Source: an uncultured Candidatus Saccharibacteria bacterium
GTDB taxonomy: Bacteria > Patescibacteriota > Saccharimonadia > Saccharimonadales > SZUA-47
DNA length: 64,000 nucleotides
Direction: 5' to 3'
Assembly (NCBI GenBank): GCA_964419675.1
Contig: CAYQPN010000003.1
Coordinates: forward strand, 75,985-139,984
Shown here piece after piece: positions 27,205 through 35,742 of the stretch. The position numbers and the translations under genes were made by a program. The notes below the pieces were generated by a model. The model did no database searches, was not told the DNA's origin, and saw only the letters and a list, made by a program, of their open reading frames with translations. The stretch's first letter is position 1, and each line of letters starts with the position of its first letter.

Positions 27205-27800
27205 GGCCTATAGAGGGTGAGGACTGCCAGTGGCAGTACGCAAGAGAATCTAACTGATTTTGAACTTGTTCAATAGTCAAGTTAATTCTGTGGTCACGCT
27301 AGCGTGACTGGGCACCGCTTGGGATGTCCTCCAAATAAATAAGAGTCTACAGAGGTGAGATATGCCTGTGGCATATCGGAACCCACAGACTGATTACAAG
27401 CTTGCTTGAAGTCATGTCGAGGGCGGGTCGAGACTCGGCTGACTTTAGTCACCGAGATCGTGACGAGGGCACCGCCGGCTGTCTACCCCCAATAAAAAGA
27501 GCCTCTAGAGGGGGTGGGCACCGCTAGAGGCTCATTACACCCTTCAACCCACCTTGAAGGCTCCTTAATGCTATCTCGCAATAAGCACTAAGCCCACTCA
27601 ATGGTATTTCCGCTATTAAACTCACAGCTCAAATAAAACGAGGGAGTAATACGGGGTTAAAGGGGATTTACTACTCATCAGCAAATCAAATGATTAACTG
27701 GTGACCAGTAAAACTGTCTTAGAGCTTCCACCGCAAAACGGTGAAAAGCTTGAAGGCGTGGAGGGTAACAACGACTTGCAGGCCAGACTCTAAAACATAA
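27205..27800. ncRNA. candidate large structured non-coding RNA region (class unknown, strand undetermined)
   Basis: The 776-bp gap has no ORF of 60 aa or more. Many perfect 5-10 bp helices are present, including nested domains and a pseudoknot-compatible arrangement (coordinates in findings). GGGCACCGC occurs three times. Confidence 0.4.
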
Positions 27801-27952
27801 ATTCTTTTCAGTCAACCGAGGTTGGTGTTAGAATTTAGGGGTAAAAGGTACGTAATGTCCTATAAATAGGACTTACAAGTTGCTATTCTAGCAAAAAAGT
27901 GTCGTTATGTCAATACTAAAATACTTTTTCGTTGTATAAGCAAAACTATATT

Positions 27953-28804
27953 ATGAATACGCTTACCCTTAGACCACCTCTGAGAAAAAAACTTAACCGA
28001 TTAAAAGTTAAAGTTAGCACTTTAACTTACCTAGGTATTGATATTAATGAACTAATAGATAGACCAATAGTTGCAATTGTGGGAACTCGAAAGCCGACTC
28101 CGTATGGAAAACAAATAACAGAGAAGATTGCCGCTGAGCTGGCAAGGGCAGGGACAATAATAGTTAGCGGGCTAGCCTTCGGAATAGATACAATTGCCCA
28201 CGAGGCTTGCTTGAAGGCTGGCGGGACCACGATTGGAGTTCTACCAAGCGGTATCAACAACATATATCCTGCGTCACACCGAAACATCGCAAAACGAATC
28301 GTAAAAGAGGGTGGGGCGCTTTTAAGTGAGTATGAGGCTGACCGGCAACCCCTAAAAATAGAGTTTCTTGAGAGGAATAGAATAATTGCAGCATTGAGCG
28401 ACGCAGTAATAGTCACAGAGGCCGCAGAACGCTCAGGAAGCTTAAACACCGCTGGACATGCAGAGTCTATGAATATCCCCGTTTTTGCCGTTCCTGGACC
28501 CGTAACTAGCTCGCTGAGCGGAGGCACAAACCATTTGCTAAAAACGGGATGTAGAATGATCACCGAAGCCAGAGATGTGTTGGAGTTTCTAAATGTTAAA
28601 GGTATCAAAAACAAAGTCCCGATAAAAGGTAACACCCCTGAGGAAACGCTAGTAATGATTAAAATATCTGAAGGGATGCATGATTCAGCCTTACTTCAAG
28701 TACAATCTGGTCTGGAAACGAGAAAGTTTCAGATGGCGATAACTATGCTGGAACTTGACGGTAAGATAAAAGCCGACGCAGTGGGAAATTGGCATATTAT
28801 TTAG
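27953..28804 (+). CDS. dprA: DNA-processing protein DprA
   Basis: ORF from TTG 27932; ATG at 27953. Rossmann-like DprA core IVGTRKPTPYG...IVSGLAFGIDTIAHEACL...AVIVTEA..SGSL.TA. Confidence 0.88.
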   Translation: MNTLTLRPPLRKKLNRLKVKVSTLTYLGIDINELIDRPIVAIVGTRKPTPYGKQITEKIAAELARAGTIIVSGLAFGIDTIAHEACLKAGGTTIGVLPSGINNIYPASHRNIAKRIVKEGGALLSEYEADRQPLKIEFLERNRIIAALSDAVIVTEAAERSGSLNTAGHAESMNIPVFAVPGPVTSSLSGGTNHLLKTGCRMITEARDVLEFLNVKGIKNKVPIKGNTPEETLVMIKISEGMHDSALLQVQSGLETRKFQMAITMLELDGKIKADAVGNWHII

Positions 28805-28924
28805 AGTTAGTTTAGATTTATGTTTGCAATGCCGCGTAAGTTTAGGTTATTCTAGGCAACTGTCAGCCCATGACGCACTGTAATGGGGTATACTAAACGC
28901 TAATGACTAATATAAGGACAACCC

Positions 28925-31216
28925 TTGAGTAAAAATCTTGTTATAGTTGAGAGTCCAGCTAAAGCAAAGACTATTGAGAAATTTCTTGGAGCAGATTACA
29001 CAGTAAAGAGTAGCTTCGGGCATATCCGTGATTTACCTAAAAAGGGCATGAGCATTGACAAAGAGAACAACTTTGAACCGACCTATGAAGTGAGCATTGA
29101 CAAGAAAAAGGTCGTGTCAGAACTCAAAAAATTCGCAAAAACGGCCGATACGGTCTGGCTTGCAAGTGATGAAGACCGCGAAGGAGAAGCCATTGCTTGG
29201 CATCTATGTAAAGCACTGGGTTTAAGCGTTGAAGACACCAAACGCATCGTCTTTCATGAAATTACCAAAAGTGCCATCGAGGCCGCCATTAAAGCTCCTA
29301 GAACCGTAGATAAGCACCTGGTAGATGCCCAGCAGGCTAGAAGAGTATTAGACCGCCTGGTTGGTTATGAACTTAGCCCAGTACTGTGGAAGAAGATTCG
29401 GCCTGGTTTAAGCGCCGGTAGAGTTCAGTCTGTTGCGGTCCGAATTATCACTGAGCGCGAACGAGAAATAACAGCATTTAACGCCGAAAAATCTTTAAAG
29501 GTAACTGCCAACTTGGTTGTATCGGGTAAAGACGTCTTGGAAACAGAGTTGTCTAAGAAGTTAAAAGACGCAGTCGAAGCTCGAAAATTATTAGAACATG
29601 TCAAAACCGCAACTCTAAAAGTAGTGAACAGCGAGAAAAAGCCAGGAGTAAAAAGCCCATCGGCACCTTTTACGACCAGTACTTTGCAACAAGAGGCTGC
29701 CATACGCCTAAGCTACGGAGTAAAGCAAACCATGTTACTAGCGCAAAGGTTGTATGAAAATGGGCACATCACCTACATGCGTACCGACAGCCCGGTTCTT
29801 TCGGGGCTAGCAACTAGCATGATAGGCAATTTTATAGAGCAAAAATACGGTAGTAAGTACCATCAGTATCGTCAATTTGCTTCTAAAAATAGCTCCGCTC
29901 AAGAGGCTCACGAAGCTATTCGCCCAACTGATGTTTCTAAGCTGGTCGCAGGCGATGATGAGCAACAGCGTAAAATTTATGATTTGATTTGGAAAAGAGC
30001 CGTTAGCTCTCAAATGGCTCAAGCTAAGGTAGAAAAAACCGAAGTAACGGTATCAATTGAGGGCAGGGAAGAAACTTTGCACGGCAAAGGCGAGGTACTG
30101 ATATTTGACGGTTATTTGAGCATTTACGGCGGTGGAAAAGAAGACAAGATTATCCCGCCTCTATCTGTTGGGGACGAGCTAACTCTACAAAAAATGGTTG
30201 CAAAAGAGACTTTTGGCAGATCTCCTGCTCGGTACAGTGAAGCGAGCTTAGTTCGCAAGCTTGAGGAGATGGGTATAGGACGACCGAGTACTTATGCGCC
30301 AACTATTGGCACAATCCAAGACCGCGGATACATTGAGAAGAAAGATCTTGACGGGGAAGAGCGGGCAGTAGCAGAGCTTACCCTTGAAAATGGCCAGATT
30401 AATGAAGCGGAAATAATTGAAAGGTTTGGTGCTGACCGGCAGAAACTTATTCCAACTCACCTGGCGGAAGTTACCACTGATTTTTTGGTTAAACACTTTT
30501 TACCAATTGTTGACTACGACTTTACCGCTAAAGTAGAAGCAGAGTTTGACGATATAGCAGATGGCAAAAAACAGTGGAATGCTATGATTTCTGATTTTTA
30601 TAAAGATAAATTTCACCCCTTAGTTGAGGCTTCTGATAGTATTTCTAGAAGTGAAAGTTCGCAAGCAAAAAAATTAGGTGTTGACCCAAAAAGCGGTAAA
30701 CCACTAATAGCCAGGTACGGTAAATTTGGCCCGATGCTACAGATTGGTGAAGCCGAAGACGAAGATAAGCCTAAATTTGCACCACTTCCTGAAGGCGCAA
30801 CACTGGACAGTGTTACGTTTGAGCAAGCACTAGAAATGTTTAAGTTGCCAAGAGTTGTTGGCAAGACCACTGATGGCTTAGAAATTACTGCAAACCTAGG
30901 GCGTTTTGGCCCCTACGTTCAAGTTGAGAAAAACTACTTTTCAATTAAAGGCTTTGACCCATTGACTATATCTGAGGAAGATTCGATTAAAATCATCGAT
31001 GAAGTTAGTGAAAAACGTAAGCCTATAAAAGAATTTTCTAACGGTATTATAGTATTAAATGGTCCGTACGGCCCCTACATTAAAAAAGACAAAGTTAATG
31101 CTCGTATACCAAAAGGTGTCGACCCAGAATCTTTAACAGAAGAACAGTGCATAGAGCTTATTGAAAAAGCTCCTAAAAAGAAGCGTCGTTTTACCAAGAG
31201 AAAAACCAAAAAGTAA
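28925..31216 (+). CDS. topA: DNA topoisomerase I (zinc-finger-less, repeat-type C-terminal domain)
   Basis: 763 aa with a TTG start after an AAGGA RBS. Toprim LVIVESPAKAKTIEKFLG, active-site ITYMRTDS. The C-terminus has G(R/K)FGP(Y/M) repeats and a Lys-rich tail rather than Cys4 fingers. Confidence 0.95.
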   Translation: MSKNLVIVESPAKAKTIEKFLGADYTVKSSFGHIRDLPKKGMSIDKENNFEPTYEVSIDKKKVVSELKKFAKTADTVWLASDEDREGEAIAWHLCKALGLSVEDTKRIVFHEITKSAIEAAIKAPRTVDKHLVDAQQARRVLDRLVGYELSPVLWKKIRPGLSAGRVQSVAVRIITEREREITAFNAEKSLKVTANLVVSGKDVLETELSKKLKDAVEARKLLEHVKTATLKVVNSEKKPGVKSPSAPFTTSTLQQEAAIRLSYGVKQTMLLAQRLYENGHITYMRTDSPVLSGLATSMIGNFIEQKYGSKYHQYRQFASKNSSAQEAHEAIRPTDVSKLVAGDDEQQRKIYDLIWKRAVSSQMAQAKVEKTEVTVSIEGREETLHGKGEVLIFDGYLSIYGGGKEDKIIPPLSVGDELTLQKMVAKETFGRSPARYSEASLVRKLEEMGIGRPSTYAPTIGTIQDRGYIEKKDLDGEERAVAELTLENGQINEAEIIERFGADRQKLIPTHLAEVTTDFLVKHFLPIVDYDFTAKVEAEFDDIADGKKQWNAMISDFYKDKFHPLVEASDSISRSESSQAKKLGVDPKSGKPLIARYGKFGPMLQIGEAEDEDKPKFAPLPEGATLDSVTFEQALEMFKLPRVVGKTTDGLEITANLGRFGPYVQVEKNYFSIKGFDPLTISEEDSIKIIDEVSEKRKPIKEFSNGIIVLNGPYGPYIKKDKVNARIPKGVDPESLTEEQCIELIEKAPKKKRRFTKRKTKK

Positions 31217-31359
31217 CCATAAGCAGTTTTCGTATCACATAATTTGGCGTTTTCCACAACTTGTGCTCTGTTAGTAGTTGTTTTGTCGTAATATTCACAT
31301 ACATTTTATGTGTAATTACGGCGAATTGCTGGTAAAATAAATATATAAGAGAATAATTG

Positions 31360-31388
31360 TTGACTTATTAAAAATATTGTTATACAAT
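31360..31388 (+). promoter_or_regulatory. candidate sigma70-type promoter
   Basis: -35 TTGACT (31360-31365), 17-nt spacer, -10 TACAAT (31383-31388), 22 nt upstream of the ATG at 31411. Confidence 0.45.
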
Positions 31389-31410
31389 AGACTAAACGGA
31401 AGCGAGATAT

Positions 31411-32445
31411 ATGGCAGAAACAACTAATCACAAGTTACAGGTGGAAACAGTTATAAACGATATTCTTGGCTCAATTGAGCGTGAGAGAGAACGCGAAATT
31501 ATATCTAGAAGATACGGGCTTTTTGATAGAAAAGAAACACTTGAACAGATTGGCGAACTACTTGGAATTACTCGTGAGCGAGTAAGACAACTTGAAAAAG
31601 CTGTAGTCACAAAATTGCGAACTCAAGCTGATAAAGATTTACCACATATTACAGAGGTAGAGCAGGTGTTAACATCACTTCTATCAGAGATGGGAAATGT
31701 TGCTAGAATAAGTAATTTATCTGAGAAGCTTACTAAAGAGAATAGCAAAATCGACCAATCCAGAATTGCATTTCTAGCTCGACTTTGCCCAAATATCACA
31801 TTCTTAAACGAAAACGATCATTTCCAAAACTCTGCAGCTATTTCTAAAGAATACAAGACAGAGAAGGGGATTAAGGACAAAGTTGGTAATGTTATTGAAG
31901 CAATCAAGAAGATTGCAAAGCCTGTAAACATCAAGGAAATTGCCGGTGCTATGGGCCACCCTAATGCACAGCAAGTTGAAGCGTTGGCTTCAGTATCAAA
32001 AGACCTTGCAACCCTAAACGGTCGCTGGGGACTTATCAAATGGCCGATGGTTAATCCAAAGAATATCAGAGACAAAATATACGTTATTCTTTATGAAAAC
32101 GAAAAACAAATGCACTTTAACGAGATTTCTAAAGCTATAGCAAAATCTGATTTTAAACGTAAGGACGTGACAACTCAGGCTATTCATAACGAACTTATCA
32201 AAGACAAGAGATTCATTTTAGTAGGACGCGGTATTTACGCACTGAAAGAATGGGGCTTCAAGCAGGGAACTGTGGCCGATGTTATTTCAGAGGTGCTTAA
32301 AAGTGCTGGAGAGCCACTTCACAGAGACGAAATTGTTAAAAGAGTGCTAAAAAAGCGCTTTGTTAAAGAAACAACCATTCTTTTGAACTTACAAGGCAAG
32401 CCACAGTTCAAGAGAACCGCCAAAGCCACATATACTTTAGCTTAA
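31411..32445 (+). CDS. sigma-70 region-4-like HTH protein with C-terminal HARE-HTH-like domain
   Basis: 344 aa. N-terminal RRYGLFDRKETLEQIGELLGITRERVRQLEKAVVTKLR (region 4.2-like). C-terminal MHFNEISKAI...IHNELIKDKRFILVGRGIYALKEWG (HARE-HTH-like). Confidence 0.6.
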   Translation: MAETTNHKLQVETVINDILGSIEREREREIISRRYGLFDRKETLEQIGELLGITRERVRQLEKAVVTKLRTQADKDLPHITEVEQVLTSLLSEMGNVARISNLSEKLTKENSKIDQSRIAFLARLCPNITFLNENDHFQNSAAISKEYKTEKGIKDKVGNVIEAIKKIAKPVNIKEIAGAMGHPNAQQVEALASVSKDLATLNGRWGLIKWPMVNPKNIRDKIYVILYENEKQMHFNEISKAIAKSDFKRKDVTTQAIHNELIKDKRFILVGRGIYALKEWGFKQGTVADVISEVLKSAGEPLHRDEIVKRVLKKRFVKETTILLNLQGKPQFKRTAKATYTLA

Positions 32446-32451
32446 GTTATT

Positions 32452-33051
32452 ATGAACCTGTTACGTCATCATGGGCTTGAATTAGCAGTTTTTGAGCCTG
32501 AAGATGTTTTACAGTCAAAAGATGAGTTCAAAGAACAGGCGACCAAGCAAGGAGCAGAGTCGTTTCGACGACTTGTAAGGGTTAGTGGCCCTTTTGATAA
32601 TTTAAGAACACATCTAAGTACTTTCGAAGGTGAATTGAGAACCCTAGCAGAATCATGCAGGGCTAAAATTATACCGTTTAGATGGGGAATTTGCCGCGAA
32701 AGCAGACGTTTTACCAACCAGTGGCAGTATACCCAGCCTAGTCTACCTGCGGGCTATCTTATGGCTGCAGAAGTAACTGTTGTCTTAGAAGGAGCAGAGC
32801 TATCTGGGATAGATTATGAGTTGAAAAAAAGAGAATTTGAACAAGGAGTAGAAATCTATCGGTCAGATGCCGCAAGACGTCCACATAGAATAAAAGATAT
32901 TGACATCAATCAGACAATGTACGGTCACTTAGCCACACATATTGATCAGGAAGATGGTTTGTGGTACGTAGACATAGAGCCTAGAATCGGTCGCAAGACA
33001 GGGCCTACAATAGATACTCCCAGTTTTAAAGGCGCACAAGTTATAGAATGA
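32452..33051 (+). CDS. hypothetical protein (orphan)
   Basis: 199 aa with no TM or recognised motif. It is the last plus-strand gene before the orientation switch. Confidence 0.45.
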   Translation: MNLLRHHGLELAVFEPEDVLQSKDEFKEQATKQGAESFRRLVRVSGPFDNLRTHLSTFEGELRTLAESCRAKIIPFRWGICRESRRFTNQWQYTQPSLPAGYLMAAEVTVVLEGAELSGIDYELKKREFEQGVEIYRSDAARRPHRIKDIDINQTMYGHLATHIDQEDGLWYVDIEPRIGRKTGPTIDTPSFKGAQVIE

Positions 33052-33243
33052 TGAACGTTTTACGAACAACTTAGAATACGCCTAAACTCTAACAAAGATC
33101 AAACAGTGACTTAAAAAAACAATAACCGTGGCTTGAGACGGGGGAATTAAATTCGAAAAACAATTAATTATAAAAACAGCAAAAGCTTACAAAAAAATTA
33201 ATGTGTAAATCGCAGTAGAGGACATAGTCCGAACACAGGCATG

Positions 33244-33271
33244 ACGTCGCACAATGTATATTTTGCGACTC
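33244..33271. other. dif-like Xer recombination site candidate
   Basis: ACGTCGCACAA-TGTATA-TTTTGCGACTC. The central hexamer is identical to E. coli dif (GGTGCGCATAA-TGTATA-TTATGTTAAAT). The left arm resembles GCGCATAA, and the arms form an inverted repeat (GTCGCAcAA / TTtTGCGAC). It sits in the convergent gap where gene orientation flips. Confidence 0.45.
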
Positions 33272-33666
33272 GCTATATAGTTTACTGACTTGATTCTGTA
33301 TACCCCCTAAACAGGGGAGTTTTCATTAGTTATCCTAATTAAGCCAGTATTACTCTACGCACGACTCATTACACGGCTCTAATTAACCTAATTCCAGCAT
33401 CCTATGCTTGGGTTGGATGTAGTGCGATATACATTACATATAGTTATCCACACTTACGCTGTGAAATGCACGCTTTTTCACGATTTCTAGCGTTTAACTT
33501 CTTAAAGCCCCCCGTTGTCCCCCGATAGAGGATGCATGTATTTGCTTTTTTGTTAATCCCCTAGCATAATATGTTTTTTTTATTTTATAGAACATTTTGC
33601 GAACACTACTAAAAGCAGAGGAGGGTACTACGAGAGACCCTAATCTAATTACTAATTAGCTTCTGA

Positions 33667-34569
33667 CTACTGAACAAAGACACGTCCAGGAACTCTGACA
33701 TCAATATACTTCTGTGGCAACTGGCCTTCCCTACTTAGTTGAACTAGGGTTGCTTTCATGGCACCCACCTGCTCTTTTGCATCTGAGTAAGTACTTAATT
33801 TAATGTAGTAGCCCACATCCTTTAAGCGCACCTCAAATTGGCCATCTGCTACATTGAAGAGTATTTCCTGAGGTTTAAGCTGTAGGGTATTAACCTCTGT
33901 TGATAGAGAGTTTAGCTCATAAACTAGTAGATTAATAAGCGAAACTTCGTCTAAAGTAAGCACCGATGAGCCTAGCTGGAAGTTTTGTTGCTGACTTGCA
34001 AAACGAAGACCTAAAATTTCAGTATCTGACTCGGGAATAGTCTGTGACACGTAGACTCCTTTATCATCTATAATGCCAATCTCCGAGCCATTTTGTACCT
34101 TTAGTAGGGGTAATGACGTTGTAATAGAGACCACCAAGTCCCTACCACCAAGCGGTATTATTGCATCTATACTTGATATTTCAGGAAAATGATTCTTCAT
34201 CTCTTGTTCAAAATTTCCGGCCCGAAAAAATACTTTACTACGATTAACTATTGAACTATTGAATAACTCACTAGCCACTGATTGATACTCCGATATACCA
34301 TGGTATGCTACGCTAGATTTTCTTAACTTTATCTGCGGTGACGTCGACATCGTAGTTGCAAAAAACAACAACGCAAAAACCACTAGTAGTATTATGTAAT
34401 TTAGAAAGCTCGAGATAGAAAACCTACCCTTTGCAGACTCTTTGAACTCCTGGTCTCTTTTTTTAGTACTAACTGGTTGATTTACCGGTCTATAATAACG
34501 AGTGACCGGAGCACTACTAGTGTGACTATTAGATAATTTTGGCTGTCTTTTATGCTTTTTTAAACGCAC
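33667..34569 (-). CDS. ftsQ: cell-division protein FtsQ/DivIB-like
   Basis: 300 aa. Basic N-terminus, single TM, POTRA-like segment (FPEISSIDAIIPLGGRDLVVSITTSLPLL). Position directly after murG in the dcw cluster. Confidence 0.55.
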   Translation of the reverse strand: MRLKKHKRQPKLSNSHTSSAPVTRYYRPVNQPVSTKKRDQEFKESAKGRFSISSFLNYIILLVVFALLFFATTMSTSPQIKLRKSSVAYHGISEYQSVASELFNSSIVNRSKVFFRAGNFEQEMKNHFPEISSIDAIIPLGGRDLVVSITTSLPLLKVQNGSEIGIIDDKGVYVSQTIPESDTEILGLRFASQQQNFQLGSSVLTLDEVSLINLLVYELNSLSTEVNTLQLKPQEILFNVADGQFEVRLKDVGYYIKLSTYSDAKEQVGAMKATLVQLSREGQLPQKYIDVRVPGRVFVQ

Positions 34570-34575
34570 AATAGT

Positions 34576-35742
34576 TTACTTCCTGGCAATTTCCATTAAT
34601 ATCCGTGCAATTCTTATCCCGGCGTCACTTACAAATAAATCATGAAGGGCCCAGCCTAACTTTATTCGCATTGATTCATCACTCAGAAGTAAATTTGAGG
34701 CCCTTAGTAGTGACTGTTGATCGTTCTCGTCTACTATCACTGCGGCATCCTTATCTTTTAATATGTTTGCATTTTTAGTTTGCTGACCTCCTGTAAGTAA
34801 AGGGTTTGGAACGACAATACACGCCTTTGCTTGCGTAGAAAACTCTGCAATGTTTGTAGCACCACCCCTACAAATAATCAGTTCAGCTGCTGCGCTGTAG
34901 TTGAACATCTCATTTGTAAATCCAATAAGTTTTATGTGAGACATTTCGTCATCCGATATTTTTTGCTTGTAGCTAGCTTCTGTTTGTTCGTATAATTTCT
35001 TGCCGCAAACATGAACTATTAATAGGTTACTTTTGATTTTTATTAGATCTCTAGCTATCTCGATTACCATATTATTTAGATTAGATGCTCCGTTGCCACC
35101 ACCGGTAACAAGAATTACGCAGGTATCCTTGCTAATCCCAAGCTTTGATTTTGCGAGATTCTGAGCTTTTAAATCTACAACTGAAAATTCGTCTCTAATT
35201 GGTATTCCTACTTGAATAGTTTTCATTTTATCGTACGGGTACAAACCTATCGGCATGGCCGTAGTATTCTTGCTAGCGTGTTTTGCAGTTATGCGGTTGG
35301 CTAGGCCGGGTATCGCGTCAGAATCGTGCGTTATATATGGGATTTTTCTATATCTTGCTGCTATCCCAATTGGAACCGATACAAAGCCACCCTTTAGAAA
35401 TATCACGGACGGCTTCAGTCTGCCTAGAAGAAACCAGGCTTGAATTGTGCCTAAGGTAAAATAAAACAGGTCCCGGACATTCAGCAGTTGTGTTTTAACA
35501 TCAAGAACGTGACTGATAAACCCTGCCCCATGATAGCGCCGAAATTTTCCGGCAAAAATCTGATAAGTTTCATTAATAGAGTCGTGATCCATTACTTCTC
35601 TCAGAGTCTCTCCACGTTGTCCAACATAGCCAACATTAATTGAGCTATCTAACTTTTTAAGTGCTTTTGATACTGCAAGTAGAGGTGTTAGATGGCCACC
35701 TGAGCCCCCGCCTACTAATAATACTTTTACTACGTTACTCAT
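34576..35742 (-). CDS. murG: UDP-GlcNAc:lipid I N-acetylglucosaminyltransferase MurG
   Basis: 388 aa. N-terminal GGGSGGHLTPLLAV and C-terminal ICRGGATNIAE. Its start overlaps the ftsW stop by 4 nt. Confidence 0.9.
   Translation of the reverse strand: MSNVVKVLLVGGGSGGHLTPLLAVSKALKKLDSSINVGYVGQRGETLREVMDHDSINETYQIFAGKFRRYHGAGFISHVLDVKTQLLNVRDLFYFTLGTIQAWFLLGRLKPSVIFLKGGFVSVPIGIAARYRKIPYITHDSDAIPGLANRITAKHASKNTTAMPIGLYPYDKMKTIQVGIPIRDEFSVVDLKAQNLAKSKLGISKDTCVILVTGGGNGASNLNNMVIEIARDLIKIKSNLLIVHVCGKKLYEQTEASYKQKISDDEMSHIKLIGFTNEMFNYSAAAELIICRGGATNIAEFSTQAKACIVVPNPLLTGGQQTKNANILKDKDAAVIVDENDQQSLLRASNLLLSDESMRIKLGWALHDLFVSDAGIRIARILMEIARK

Noticed and set aside
27205-27800. Identification of the structured region as RNase P RNA, tmRNA, SRP RNA or 6S RNA
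   Set aside because: It has no GAGGAAAGUCC / ACAGAA..GGCUUA P4 strands, no tRNA-like T-arm/CCA end or tag ORF, no GGAA-tetraloop helix-8 motif (GGAAGCAGC), and no single long bulged hairpin. The AAAGTC at 27443-27448 is just the reverse strand of a TTTA tetraloop hairpin.
28027-28635. 202-aa ORF antisense to dprA, and similar long antisense ORFs at 37377-37850, 45158-45562, 48300-48674, 58455-58991 and 5972-6325
   Set aside because: In each case the opposite strand encodes a protein with clear family motifs (DprA, MraY, YvcK, Ldh_2, XseA, GltX). The antisense products have no motifs and a skewed composition.
33219-33232. GAGGACATAGTCC resembling the RNase P CR-I sequence GAGGAAAGUCC
   Set aside because: There is a two-nucleotide insertion and no complementary P4 3' strand or other conserved regions nearby. 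It is more simply a 4-bp hairpin (GGAC-ATA-GTCC).
33444-33452. Perfect DnaA box TTATCCACA, raising the possibility of oriC
   Set aside because: It is a single box with no cluster and no adjacent dnaA or dnaN. Flanking genes converge on the region, where an origin would show divergence. That fits a terminus better.
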